DNA of 64,000 nucleotides from Candidatus Thorarchaeota archaeon (GTDB lineage: Archaea > Asgardarchaeota > Thorarchaeia > Thorarchaeales > Thorarchaeaceae). How positions within the stretch are numbered: position 1 is the first letter of the stretch; each line of letters begins with the position of its first letter. The DNA lies in the NCBI GenBank assembly GCA_029855935.1, contig JAGSHN010000016.1, positions 169,527 to 233,526 of the forward strand. Direction: 5' to 3'. The position numbers and the translations under genes were made by a program. Positions 31,640 through 42,486 of the stretch are shown here, piece after piece. The notes beneath the pieces are model-generated. The model was not told where the DNA came from. It saw only the letters and a list, made by a program, of their open reading frames with translations, and did no database searches.

Positions 31640-32525
31640 ATGAGGCGTGCACTGACAACAGGCATTACAGGGCAGGATGGTGCATACTTGGCGGAGCTAC
31701 TCTTGGGAAAGGGCTATGAAGTCTACGGGACCTACAGACGGCTATCGGCCCCTAGTTTCTGGAAACTCCAACATCTCGGCGTTTTTTCAGAAGGTTCATC
31801 TGATCTCCGCTGATCTGGATAGTGCCGGTTCGCCGGTTGAGGCGGTGAGAATCTCGCAACCTGATGAAGCCTATCATCTTGCAGCTCAAAGATTTGTGCG
31901 GTTTTCTTTGGACAGCCGATTGCTACTGGCGATACTACAGGGCTTAGTAACTCGTGTCCTCGAAACCATCTGACAAGTGAACCCTGAGGTACGGTCCTAT
32001 CAGCCATCGATAAGCGAACCATCTGGGAACGTAACCTCTACAGAAGTGTAGTCTACCAAAGAACGCGCGTTTGGACCTGTTTCACCCCATACTCCAGCCA
32101 AGCTGTACGCACACTGCATCGTGGATATCTACCGATAGGGACGCGGCATGTTTGCAGGCAGTGATATTCTCTTCAACTATGAGTTCCCTTTGCATGGAAC
32201 GAATCTTGCCACACAGAAGATTTCGAACGCTGTTGCAAGAATAGCACTGGGCCTCGAAAAGGAGTTGCCGTTAGGAAACATCCATGCAAGGCTAGATTGG
32301 GGCTATGCTCCTAGATATGTGGAACCTAAGTGGAGAATCCTGCAAGCCAAGGAACCTGACGTCTTTGTCATAGCTACAAACGGGGCGCATTCTGTTGAAG
32401 AGTCTGTTACGAAGACGTTTAGCAGGGTTGGCCTAGATTGGCAAGAGTATGTGAGAAATCGACCCGAGGCACCTGCGGTCTTTAGATGCAGAATGCTAGT
32501 TGCAGTCAGCAGGAGTCAACTATGA
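31640..32525 (+). pseudogene. gmd: GDP-mannose 4,6-dehydratase pseudogene
   Basis: TGITGQDGAYLAELLLGKGYEVYG, PDEAYHLAAQ, ILFNYE, LGNIHARLDWGYA spread over several frames with stops. Confidence 0.85.
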
Positions 32526-32626
32526 AGCAACCATGGGTGGGGCGAACGAGCATCTCCTACTACTCCCTCGGTTCGCGAATCTAGTTGATGTGCGCTCTGG
32601 TCCTGCCAACATAGCTTCCCGACGGA

Positions 32627-32917
32627 GTGTACCATGCTTCTGGTAGTGTGTTGCGAAGCTACTCCATCACAGTGGTCAACAAGACAGACGAGATACGCAG
32701 CTACGTACTCAACCGGATGATGCGGCCTATCGTTGTCACTTGGAACCCCGTCAATCACACGTTGCTAGCTCCGCCAACCGTGAGCGTGAGCCACAGCATA
32801 TGGTCGGAGTACGCTACAGGAATCCCGTTTGATCGCACATATATGCTGCTCGCCGTTTCGTATGAGTTCAAGTATGTGACCCGTGGCGATGCCTATGTTC
32901 CCTTTTTCTTCCAATGA
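32627..32917 (+). pseudogene. Possible C-terminal remnant of a surface/membrane protein
   Basis: Protein-like 96-aa fragment with several NxT sequons, no convincing start, inside the decayed island. Confidence 0.3.
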
Positions 32918-33260
32918 CTGCTCGGCAGTAGGAACCTCACAACTCATTTCTTTAGGAGTGATGGGAGGCAGGAGAAAAAGTGAATACCATAAACAGTGTG
33001 GTTCTGGAACAGCAAGATTCTGTGAGGTGGATCATTGTTAGAGTATCCCTTCATAGATTGCCTTAACTTTGCGCTGACTACATACAGGCAAGCCCTGCTC
33101 GAACAATCGCACTTGTCATGAGGGAGCCACATAGCAGAGGCACTCGTTTCTTGCAGGAGCGGTGGAAAGGTAGACGGAGTGGTAGACTGGGGGATTTTTT
33201 AAGATAATCTGGGGGATTCATCCCGTATCGCCAACAGACACCCCCTTCTGGTGAACAAAA

Positions 33261-34388
33261 GTGCGAATAGTCATCATGCAATCCCATATGACGATGGTCG
33301 GAGGCGCCGCTCACTTTATTCAAGAGGTTGCAAACCGGATGGCCCGACTGGGTCATGAGGTGTTCATAGTTGCTGCTGTCATCAATCGAGATATCTACAA
33401 CTTGGACCCGGCAATAGACTGTATTTCCGTGTTCAACAGGTCGGCAAAGAGTCCTTGGTTCTGGGCTTGCATACCCTTGGTTGTCCGCAGAATGAAGATT
33501 GTTGCTTCAAGGCTCAAACCAGATGCCATAATTGCCAATCACTTCCCGACCAATGCGGTCTTAGCAGATCTGGGCGGGAATGGTGTCTGGATGTGTCACG
33601 AGCCCTATCCGTACTTTCATTCTAGAAATGTGTTTGCTGGCAATGTCAACGACCTACTCAGGGCCCGATTGGTTTCTGCAGTGTACTCAAAGTACGACAT
33701 TAAGTCGGCGCGGATAATAGAAACCATTGCTGCCAACAGTACCTTTACTCGGAAAGAGATATGGCGTGTTTTTGGCAGGGATTCTACATGTGTGTTTCCT
33801 GGCTTTGACGAGAACATCATAGGGAAATCATATGGCAACAGAGTTGAAGGGAGGGTTCTGTCAGTATCGCCTTCGACGCCCCTGAAAGGGTTTGAATACA
33901 CCCTCCGAGCGTTTGTCACGCTGGCCCGTCGGGGTATTGCCAAGAATCTTAGAGTTGTTGGCCGCATCTATCCTACGTACCGGAAGATGATTGGCAGAGT
34001 CCGTAGGAAGTATCCTAATATCAGAGTTACTGTGCTCGGGACTGTTTCCCGCGAAGACCTGTACCGAGAGTATAGCACCGCGACCCTAGTTTCATACCCT
34101 TCAATCAGGGAGCCGTTTGGAATCGTACCGGTTGAGGCGGTAGCCCTCGGAACACCAGTACTGTATTTCAAGAGCGGGGGATTGCTCGACACAATGATTG
34201 ATGGGACAACTGGTGTCGGTGTGCAGGTCGGAGATGTGGCCTTGTTCATTCAAGGAATGAAGCACTTGTTGCAGAATCCAATGCGGATCGAAACATCGTC
34301 GCGTCGGGTGAATCGTCACCTACGGCGCTTTACGTGGTCACGTACCGCATCTGATTTGATTAGCCTCTGTCGCGGCCGTGAACCATGA
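33261..34388 (+). CDS. Glycosyltransferase family 4
   Basis: VGGA, ANSTFT, YPSIREPFGIVPVEAVALGTPV. Confidence 0.9.
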   Translation: MRIVIMQSHMTMVGGAAHFIQEVANRMARLGHEVFIVAAVINRDIYNLDPAIDCISVFNRSAKSPWFWACIPLVVRRMKIVASRLKPDAIIANHFPTNAVLADLGGNGVWMCHEPYPYFHSRNVFAGNVNDLLRARLVSAVYSKYDIKSARIIETIAANSTFTRKEIWRVFGRDSTCVFPGFDENIIGKSYGNRVEGRVLSVSPSTPLKGFEYTLRAFVTLARRGIAKNLRVVGRIYPTYRKMIGRVRRKYPNIRVTVLGTVSREDLYREYSTATLVSYPSIREPFGIVPVEAVALGTPVLYFKSGGLLDTMIDGTTGVGVQVGDVALFIQGMKHLLQNPMRIETSSRRVNRHLRRFTWSRTASDLISLCRGREP

Positions 34389-35145
34389 CTTCTCAAGGAA
34401 CGTTCGATTGGCGTTGCGATGCTCTCCTAGGTGGGTCGATTCTAGAACGTTTCGTGCAAGTGCTATAGGGTCTTTTCGATAACTGTCCCATTGTGACGGA
34501 CGCTCTTCCCAAGATAGTAAAGCCCATGACCACGACGGACGATGACCGTGTCACGGCGCTGGTGCCAAGAGGGTTTGATATCGCTTGCTCTACAGAGAAC
34601 ATCCGTGTGATTCGGTCGAGAACTGACCTGTACGCAATAAGTGGCAACCTGCATTTCGTGCTTTGGGTCATACTCACCTTGTTGGGGTCGGGAAGTAGGA
34701 GCAAATCGATGTTTTGCACTACCTGTATCCTTTCTTCTCAACTGCTGCTTGTGTTGTCTATCGCCATCTGTTCGACAGGCCGGCTCGTGTAGTGTATGAC
34801 AATCGCAGCCCGTGGATTGAGATGAGCATACACTGTGCCACAATTGCTCGTTTCCTTGCCCAGGCTGTCGGTTTCTTCGCTTTGACTACCGAGCGTATCA
34901 TTCTCCACCTAGCCGACGGCATCGTCCTTACTACTGAGGGCTTGAAGCGTCACCATGTCGAATCAGGAATCACTTCTTCGCGCAGACACATAATTATTCG
35001 ACTAGGGATTGATACCGGCCGCTTTGGACCTGGCCAACGGGAATCTTTTCGGTCCTACTTGGGACTTGAAAACAAGATTCGAAACCTTGGCCATATCGGG
35101 GGCGTAACTATGCCCACAATGCTACAGCTAGTCCGAACCCTCTAG
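34385..35145 (+). pseudogene. Truncated and frameshifted GT4 (N-terminal domain only)
   Basis: Fragments ...RVVYDNRSPWIE...ADGIVLTTEGLK...LGIDTGRF, then a stop at the island edge. Confidence 0.6.
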
Positions 35146-35476
35146 TGAACTCGGCAGTTTGAAACGTTGGCCCCGAGAGCTGTGCCAGAGCGGCGGGCCG
35201 CCCCGTCTGAACAGCAAGAGGAAGGACCAGTGCTCAACTCAATAGAGCAACAAGATCTTTGCTTTCGATTTGGCCCTCGGTTTCCACGTTGAGTATCCCC
35301 CGTGTATGGTGCGACTGCATTGCTTTGAGTCTTTCTAGCCTCATTTGACAGGATGACTGCTTGGTAAGGGTTGAGGGTGGCGAGTTGCCCTTTCGGGAAC
35401 ACGCTGTACCCACTGTCCCTTCTGGCCATGCCCCCGGCAAGGCTGCGCAGTCAGGTGTTCGGAAGTGGCTCGTTTC

Positions 35477-36904
35477 CTAGTCTATGAGGTCCCTCACGTG
35501 GAAGACGGCCACGACATTTGTTCGCCCAGGTATGTTTCTGGTGCCTGACGTGAACACGATGTCTTTTGTGATGTCCACAAGTCCGAGACTGTGAATCACA
35601 CGGACCGTTTCTTTCACGAGGTCGTCCACATTGTCAATATCCTGTTCGTAGTGCACAGGATGCACACCCCAGAGCAACCTACACCTGCGCACGACGCGTC
35701 GGTTTGGAGTCACTGCAAAGATATGCACAGGCGGTCTGAACTTTGAGATCCACCGTGCGGTGAACCCGGTTCTTGTGGCAGTGATAATCCCTCCCACCTT
35801 GTCGGGGATGAGACACACAGCGTTGTATACAAGATTGCCAATTATCTCGACAATCATCTTATTGGGCGACGTTATCGCCTGCGGGTCTACCTGCGGAAGC
35901 TCTTGCTCAGCCCGTCTAATGATGCGGTTCATCATCTCCACGGCGGCCACCGGATTGTGACCGACCGCAGTTTCGGCGCTGAGCATGACAGCATCCGCGC
36001 GGTCCAGAATCGCGTGTGCAACATCGCTGACCTCGGCCCGTGTCGGGACCCGCTCGTGAGTCATCGACTCGAGCATATGCGTTGCCACGATGGCGGGGCG
36101 TGCCCAGAGATTGGCCTTCCTGATCAGTTCTCTCTGAAGTACTGGCACCTCCTCAATCGGGACCTCGATGCCAAGATCGCCACGGGCTATCATCACGCCA
36201 TGGGACTCCTTCACGATGGCATCGAAGTTCTGTACTGCGAGCGTGTGTTCAATCTTGCTGACTATACTGGCGTCGGCGGGCCCGTTCGCTTTGAGTATCT
36301 CTTTGACGTGGACAACTTCGCTGGGATCCGTGACAAAGGAGAGTGCAATCATGTCGGGTTCGAGTTCTGCCGCAAGATCCAAGTCCCTGAGGTCCTTCTC
36401 GGTTGGAATTCCGCAGGACAACTTGATGCCAGGTACGTTGACGCCCTTCCTGCTCGAGATTGGCCCGCCGTGTGTGACCTCAGTGACCACCTCTGAACCA
36501 CGTATCTCCTTGACCCGTAGTCTGACAATGCCGTCATTAATCGCAATCGTTGCACCCGGCTTCACGTCCTGCGGGAGTTCCTTGTGTGATATCGATACCC
36601 TGTGTTCGTCCCCCACGAAGTCCTCTGTTGAGATGATGAACTCCTGTCCTCTCTCAAGCACGACGGGCTCACGAAGCTCCCCAATGCGTATCTTCGGTCC
36701 CTGCAGGTCAAAGAGAATGGGTATGGTGTCATCGAGGGACCGAATGAGGTCGAACGTCTTCCGGACGGTCGGATGGTCGGCGTGCGAGAGGTTGAGCCTG
36801 GCGACGTCCATCCCGGCCTCAATCATTCCCGAGAGAACATCTCGTGATCTCGATGCGGGCCCTACCGTGCACACAATCTTGGACCGGGTTCTATCAAATA
36901 TCAT
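35477..36904 (-). CDS. pyk: Pyruvate kinase
   Basis: KIVCTVGPAS, ARLNLSH, DLQGPKIR, SKIE, MIARGDLG, DAVMLSAETA. Confidence 0.96.
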   Translation of the reverse strand: MIFDRTRSKIVCTVGPASRSRDVLSGMIEAGMDVARLNLSHADHPTVRKTFDLIRSLDDTIPILFDLQGPKIRIGELREPVVLERGQEFIISTEDFVGDEHRVSISHKELPQDVKPGATIAINDGIVRLRVKEIRGSEVVTEVTHGGPISSRKGVNVPGIKLSCGIPTEKDLRDLDLAAELEPDMIALSFVTDPSEVVHVKEILKANGPADASIVSKIEHTLAVQNFDAIVKESHGVMIARGDLGIEVPIEEVPVLQRELIRKANLWARPAIVATHMLESMTHERVPTRAEVSDVAHAILDRADAVMLSAETAVGHNPVAAVEMMNRIIRRAEQELPQVDPQAITSPNKMIVEIIGNLVYNAVCLIPDKVGGIITATRTGFTARWISKFRPPVHIFAVTPNRRVVRRCRLLWGVHPVHYEQDIDNVDDLVKETVRVIHSLGLVDITKDIVFTSGTRNIPGRTNVVAVFHVRDLID

Positions 36905-37102
36905 CTCAACATCGTCTCGCAATTGTACAGTCTGTTTCACCAACATCCGCGTATTAGTGCTTGTTGCATGTGCATTGGAAAACAATTGAAACGAACTCTC
37001 GCCCACAACCCAGATGTGCAGTGGACAGATGGATTAGCATAAATGTCACCTCCGCCTCACTCGGTGATGTCATGCGGACAATGACTGTGAGATGAACGCA
37101 AG

Positions 37103-38401
37103 ATGGTCACCATAGAGAAGGTTCACGCGATTGAGATTCTGGACTCACGGGGCAATCCGACCCTGATGACACGCGTTACGCTGTCAGATGGCAGCGTTGG
37201 TGTCGCCAAGGTACCGAGCGGCGCGTCCACTGGTGTCAACGAGGCTGTGGAACTCCGCGATGGGGGCTCGCGCTACGGCGGCAAGGGTGTTCTCAAGGCC
37301 GTCAAGAACGTCAACACCGCCCTCTTCGAGGCTGTACGCGGTATTGACCCCACTGACCTCAGGGCGGTGGATCGAGCCCTGCTGGCAGCCGACCCGAGCA
37401 AGGGTAAGGGCAGGCTGGGCGCTAATGCAATCCTCTCGGTCTCGATGGCGGCTGCCGTCGCTGCGGCAACGCATCTCGGTCTTCCGCTGTTCGAGTACCT
37501 GCGGACAAGCGTTCTTGATAAGCCGGCCAAGTACCTTCAGCCTGTCCCGATGTCGAATGTCATCAATGGCGGGGCCCACGCGGGCAACGACCTGGCCATT
37601 CAGGAGTTCATGATTCTCCCGGTCGGGGCCAGCGACATACGCGAGGCCATACGATGCCTCAGTGAGGTATACCACGTCCTTGGCAAGAATATGATTGAGA
37701 AGTACGGTCGGATGGCCAAGCACGTTGGTGATGAGGGTGGCTACTGTGGCTTTGGTCTGAGATCCACCCGCGACGCCCTTGACGAGATAGTGCGTGCCAT
37801 CTCTGATGCCGGCTATTCACCCGGCGACGATGTCGTTCTCGGAATCGACGCGGCAGCCAGTGGATTCCACAAGAACGGTACGTACACAATCGATGGTCAA
37901 GAGATGAGCGCGGGGGAACTGCTCGACTTCTACATAGACCTTGAGAAGACGTATCCTCTCAAGACTGTGGAGGACCCATTTGATGAGACCGCGTTCGACG
38001 ACTTTGCTGAGTACGTGAGAAAGACGAAGGTACAGGTGGTGACCGACGACCTAACTGTGTCGAATCCGGACATAGTCCGTCGTGCCGTCGAGATGGTGGC
38101 GGGGACAGCCCTCCTGCTCAAGGTCAATCAGATTGGTACAGTGACGGAGGCGATTGATGCTGCGGGTATCGCCAACGCAGCCGAGTGGGGCGTGGTGGTC
38201 AGCCACAGGAGCGGAGAGACTGGCGACACCTTCATCGCCGACCTTGCTGTTGCACTGGGCTGCGGACAGATCAAGACTGGAGCACCCGCCAGGAGTGACC
38301 GTGTGGAGAAGTACAACCGCCTGCTTGAGATCTACGACATTCTCAGCGGTGACTGCGGCTATCCTGGCCACGACTTCAGGACTGCGTGGAGGAACTATTG
38401 A
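37103..38401 (+). CDS. eno: Enolase
   Basis: DSRGNPT, VPSGASTG, GDEGG, LLKVNQIG, SHRSGET, KYNRLL. Confidence 0.97.
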   Translation: MVTIEKVHAIEILDSRGNPTLMTRVTLSDGSVGVAKVPSGASTGVNEAVELRDGGSRYGGKGVLKAVKNVNTALFEAVRGIDPTDLRAVDRALLAADPSKGKGRLGANAILSVSMAAAVAAATHLGLPLFEYLRTSVLDKPAKYLQPVPMSNVINGGAHAGNDLAIQEFMILPVGASDIREAIRCLSEVYHVLGKNMIEKYGRMAKHVGDEGGYCGFGLRSTRDALDEIVRAISDAGYSPGDDVVLGIDAAASGFHKNGTYTIDGQEMSAGELLDFYIDLEKTYPLKTVEDPFDETAFDDFAEYVRKTKVQVVTDDLTVSNPDIVRRAVEMVAGTALLLKVNQIGTVTEAIDAAGIANAAEWGVVVSHRSGETGDTFIADLAVALGCGQIKTGAPARSDRVEKYNRLLEIYDILSGDCGYPGHDFRTAWRNY

Positions 38402-38404
38402 GAG

Positions 38405-39646
38405 ATGACCGAGAAGAGGACGGCGCTTCTTGTGGTGATGGACGGTGCCGGCGACCGTCCAATCCCCGAGCTTGGGGGAAAGACCGCCTTCCAGGCTGCT
38501 GACACGCCCAACTTCGACAGGCTCGCCCAGACTGGAATGAACGGTCTGATGGATGTCATCGCTCCGGGTCAGACTCCGGGTAGTGACACTGCGCATCTCG
38601 CTCTCTTTGGTTACGACCCCATTGACTCATATCCTGGTCGAGGGCCTCTGGAGGCGCTAGGTGCGGGCCTCGACTCTCGACCCGGTGATGTCGCGTTTCG
38701 CTCCAACTTCGCCACGGTGGACTCCAATCTGACCGTCATTGACAGGCGTGCCGGCCGTGACATCTCTCCCGAGGAGGGTAGGGAGCTTCAAGAGGCTCTC
38801 GATGGGCTCCAGATCGAGGACGTGACGGTCCGTTTCGTGCACACCGTGGAACATCGTGGCGCGCTCGTACTGAGCGGTCCCTCATTGTCCGCCGAGATCT
38901 CGGATGTCGACCCCCACGAGACTGGCAAGCCCGTCCTTGAGGCGCGGCCGCTTGTTCCCGGTGCTGAGAAGACAGCGAGAATTGTCAATAAGCTTGTCCG
39001 ACTCAGCCACGAGCGCCTCAAAGATCTCGAAGTGAACAGACGCAGGGTGGAGCGAGGTCTTCCGCCAGCTAATATCATCCTCCTCCGAGGCCCGGGCAAG
39101 CACAGAGAGGTGCCCACTCTGCAGCAGCGATATGGGATAAGGGCTGCAGTGCTGGCAGGTGGTGCTCTCTATATCGGTACTGCGAGGTACGTCGGAATGG
39201 ACCATATCCATGTGGAGGGTCAGACGGGAACAATCGACACAAACTTCGGCAATATCGCCTCAAAGGCAATCGAGACCATTCGCCAGGGCTACAACTATGT
39301 CTTTGTGCACATCAAGGCCACCGACAACGCAAGTCATGACCACAACCCTGAACAGAAGGTCTTGGCCATCGAGCGGACTGACGCTATGGTCGGCCGGATA
39401 CTGGATGAGGTGGCTGACGACATAGTAGTGGCCGTAACAGCCGATCATACCACCCCCGTGAGTGTGGGCGACCACACCTGTGACCCGGTGCCCATTGTCC
39501 TCTGGAGCGACTTCATCAGACCAGATTCTGTCACAGCATTCTCAGAGATTGATGCCGCACAGGGTGCGTTGGGTCACATAAGAGGAATGGATGTCACCCC
39601 TCTACTGTTGGGGTATGCTGGCTGGGTGCCGAAGTTCGGCTCATAG
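38405..39646 (+). CDS. apgM: 2,3-bisphosphoglycerate-independent phosphoglycerate mutase, archaeal type
   Basis: DGAGDRP, PGSDTAHLALFGYDP, GRGPLEALG, HIKATDNASHD, TADHTTP. Confidence 0.93.
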   Translation: MTEKRTALLVVMDGAGDRPIPELGGKTAFQAADTPNFDRLAQTGMNGLMDVIAPGQTPGSDTAHLALFGYDPIDSYPGRGPLEALGAGLDSRPGDVAFRSNFATVDSNLTVIDRRAGRDISPEEGRELQEALDGLQIEDVTVRFVHTVEHRGALVLSGPSLSAEISDVDPHETGKPVLEARPLVPGAEKTARIVNKLVRLSHERLKDLEVNRRRVERGLPPANIILLRGPGKHREVPTLQQRYGIRAAVLAGGALYIGTARYVGMDHIHVEGQTGTIDTNFGNIASKAIETIRQGYNYVFVHIKATDNASHDHNPEQKVLAIERTDAMVGRILDEVADDIVVAVTADHTTPVSVGDHTCDPVPIVLWSDFIRPDSVTAFSEIDAAQGALGHIRGMDVTPLLLGYAGWVPKFGS

Positions 39647-39770
39647 GCGCTTGAAGAAGCAATCCACCAATGACGCGGCATAGTCTTTCTCCCCTCGTGT
39701 ACGGGGAACAAGCTTTTTCAACAATGGCCCCAGCCGTGCGCGTAACAAGAGATTCACAGGGGAACAAGTC

Positions 39771-41120
39771 ATGACCACCAACATTGTCGTCATAGGAATG
39801 GGTTACGTTGGCATACCCGCGGCCGCACTCCTCGCCGATGTCGAGGGATTCAACGTCACAGGGCTTCAGAGACGTTCGAAGCGCTCCGGCTGGAAGATAG
39901 AGGTACTGAACGCCGGGAAGTCACCGTTCGAGGGCGAGGAGCCTGGACTCGACGAACTCATTGCCAAGGTCGTTGCCAAGGGCACGTTTCGAGCAACTGA
40001 TGATGTCGAGGTCCTCAGAGATGCTGACATCATCCTGATTGATGTACAGACACCTACAGATACTCTCAACATGCCCCAGTACGAGTCTCTCCGTGAGGTG
40101 AGCAAGAACATCGGGCAGCGCATCAAGAAGGGTGCACTTGTGGTAGTGGAGTCGACGGTCGCACCCGGAACCACGCAGAACGTCGTGCAGAAGATCATCG
40201 AGCGAGAGTCAGGTCTGAAAGGTGGCGTCGACTTTGACCTCGCATTCTCCTACGAGCGGGTCATGCCCGGCAAGCTACTCGAGTACATCATCAACATGCC
40301 CCGTGTCGTTGGGGGAATAACCCCAAGGAGTACTGAGCGCGCTGTCGAACTCTATCGAAAGATTGTGAAGGAGAAGATATACACCACAGACACACTCTCA
40401 GCCGAGCTGGCAAAGACCATTGAGAACGCCTACCGTGATGTCAACATTGCCTTTGCGAACGAGATGGCCCTCGTCTGCGAGAGCCTCGGAGTCAACATCT
40501 ATGAGATAATCGAACTGATCAACGCCCGTCCTGACAGGATGATGCACATCCCCGGTGCCGGTGTTGGTGGTCACTGTCTCCCCAAGGACCCGTGGCTATT
40601 GAGATACGGCGTCTACGAGTATGGATCGTGGAAGGTCGAACCCGAGTTTATCTCACTGGCGCGCAGGGTCAACAACCACATGCCCGTCCACACTGTGAAC
40701 CTTGCTGAGAACGCGCTTGCCGCTAGGGGGGTCGACATTCAGGAGGCGGTTGTGACAGTTCTTGGGCTGGCCTACCTCGAGAACTCGGATGACACGAGGA
40801 ACACTCCGGCTGCGACAGTTGTATCGACTCTTCACAGCAAGGGTGCCACCGTCCGGATTCACGACCCCTACGTCCGCCAATGGGAGTTCACGCGACACGA
40901 GATTGAGCGCGACCTGTACAAGGCGTGCGAGGGCTCCGACTGTGTCGTTCTCGTGACAAAGCACAAGGAGTACTTCGACATAGACCTTGACCGGCTCAAG
41001 AGCATCATGCGGACGCCGATAATCGTTGACGGACGGAATGTCTTTGACCAGAAGGTAGTCGAGGAGAAGGGCTTCGAGTACAGAGGAATTGGCAAGGCCG
41101 GAATCCGGCCCATCCGATGA
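39771..41120 (+). CDS. Nucleotide sugar 6-dehydrogenase (UDP-GlcNAc/ManNAc dehydrogenase, WecC/WbpA-like)
   Basis: GMGYVG, ESTVAPGTT, KTIENAYRDVNIAFANE, GVGGHCLPKDP. Confidence 0.92.
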   Translation: MTTNIVVIGMGYVGIPAAALLADVEGFNVTGLQRRSKRSGWKIEVLNAGKSPFEGEEPGLDELIAKVVAKGTFRATDDVEVLRDADIILIDVQTPTDTLNMPQYESLREVSKNIGQRIKKGALVVVESTVAPGTTQNVVQKIIERESGLKGGVDFDLAFSYERVMPGKLLEYIINMPRVVGGITPRSTERAVELYRKIVKEKIYTTDTLSAELAKTIENAYRDVNIAFANEMALVCESLGVNIYEIIELINARPDRMMHIPGAGVGGHCLPKDPWLLRYGVYEYGSWKVEPEFISLARRVNNHMPVHTVNLAENALAARGVDIQEAVVTVLGLAYLENSDDTRNTPAATVVSTLHSKGATVRIHDPYVRQWEFTRHEIERDLYKACEGSDCVVLVTKHKEYFDIDLDRLKSIMRTPIIVDGRNVFDQKVVEEKGFEYRGIGKAGIRPIR

Positions 41121-41153
41121 TTGCGTCAATTGCTCCATCTTGAAGCCCAGGAT

Positions 41154-42392
41154 CTACCGTCGGCCGGTCATCTGGCGACCCCTGTCGCGCTGGAGCGTGA
41201 CCCTGTAGTACTGCAGGGTCCTCTCCACTGCAAGATCCACTGTTTCCTGACGTGCATAATCACGAAGTCTCCGAGAGACGTTCTCGCGTGACTTGCTGCT
41301 GATGAGCAGTTCAATCAGTGCTCTCGCAAGGTCATCCGGGCTCCCCATACGGAAGAGCACGAGGCTCCCACCCAGACTCTCCCTCATATGCAGCCCGACA
41401 TCGGCTGCGACAATGGGAATGCCGTACGACGCGAAGTTGTGTGCTGGTCCGCTCACGCCGACACTCTCCTGATACGGGAGGAGTATCACACTGGCTGACG
41501 CGAAGTAGTCTGGTACTCTCTCCTCCGGAACGAACATAGTGTCGAACCTGACCCACCTGCCGAGTTGCTTCTCCCTCACGAGGGTCTTCAGTTCCTCCAG
41601 ATACATCCGTCCGGCGCGGTCTACTGGCGTGCCAGCGATGAGCAGCAGGACGTTGTCAACACGATATCTGACCCTCTCAATTGCACGGATGGCCACCTCG
41701 AGTCCCTTCCCGGGTCGGATGAATCCGAAGGAGAGGACAACCTCACGTCCGGTGGTCCCAGTCCTCTGCCTCACCTCGTCGGGAGAAACGGTCAGTTCCT
41801 CGTTCTTGCACGGATGAGGGATCTCCAGAACCTTTTCCGGTGCCACGCCGTACTCTCTGAGGAATCGTGTCCGGAGAGTCGAGCCAAGTCTTGCAGTGCT
41901 GAGCTGAATCGTGTCGGTCACGAGGTCCATGACCTTTACGTAGAGCCGAAACAGGGCGGGGGCAAGAACGGAGAGGCGCCCGATGAGACGGTACGTGCTG
42001 ATTCGTTCAGCCACCTGTTCTGGCATCCAAGTGGAGTGTGATGTCAGAGTCGTTCTGATTCCCATCAGTTTCAACAGAAGCAACAGGAGGAACATGACCT
42101 CCCCGAACATCCCGCCATAGATGCGTCTGTCGGGGCCGAACTGGACATGGACAATGTGTGGCCGTAGCCTCTTGATCAGCCGTGCCAGACGGAGGGGATA
42201 CAGCACATCATCTCCCCGCCACACGGGGAACACCCTAACATTCTCGGGATACCCGTCTGTTCTTGCTCCCGGTCCCGCGATGGCGAAGATGCGGACTCCT
42301 CTGGCTGCAAGACCACGGATCAGAGCCTCGGTGTACGGGGCCTCCCCTGCTCTCTCAGGAGGCAGCGGGGATATCATCACCACTCGGAGCAT
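41154..42392 (-). CDS. Glycosyltransferase family 4
   Basis: SPLPPER, IVHVQF, FGFIRPGKGLE, LLPYQE..GVSG. Confidence 0.88.
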   Translation of the reverse strand: MLRVVMISPLPPERAGEAPYTEALIRGLAARGVRIFAIAGPGARTDGYPENVRVFPVWRGDDVLYPLRLARLIKRLRPHIVHVQFGPDRRIYGGMFGEVMFLLLLLLKLMGIRTTLTSHSTWMPEQVAERISTYRLIGRLSVLAPALFRLYVKVMDLVTDTIQLSTARLGSTLRTRFLREYGVAPEKVLEIPHPCKNEELTVSPDEVRQRTGTTGREVVLSFGFIRPGKGLEVAIRAIERVRYRVDNVLLLIAGTPVDRAGRMYLEELKTLVREKQLGRWVRFDTMFVPEERVPDYFASASVILLPYQESVGVSGPAHNFASYGIPIVAADVGLHMRESLGGSLVLFRMGSPDDLARALIELLISSKSRENVSRRLRDYARQETVDLAVERTLQYYRVTLQRDRGRQMTGRR

Positions 42393-42486
42393 CACTCCAC
42401 CGCTCCCAATCACATTGAAAAGGGTTTTCAGAGCCATTCACGAGGGGCAAGGCATCGTCCCTCCACCCATCTTCGGAAGTGCTGTG

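Larger units (their letters stand above)
20860..35450. other. Lower-GC surface-glycan biosynthesis island, partly decayed
   Basis: Visible compositional shift (spot counts 25/60 GC at 25681-25740 versus 42/60 at 18121-18180); recognisable genes are all sugar-related; boundaries approximate. Confidence 0.7.
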
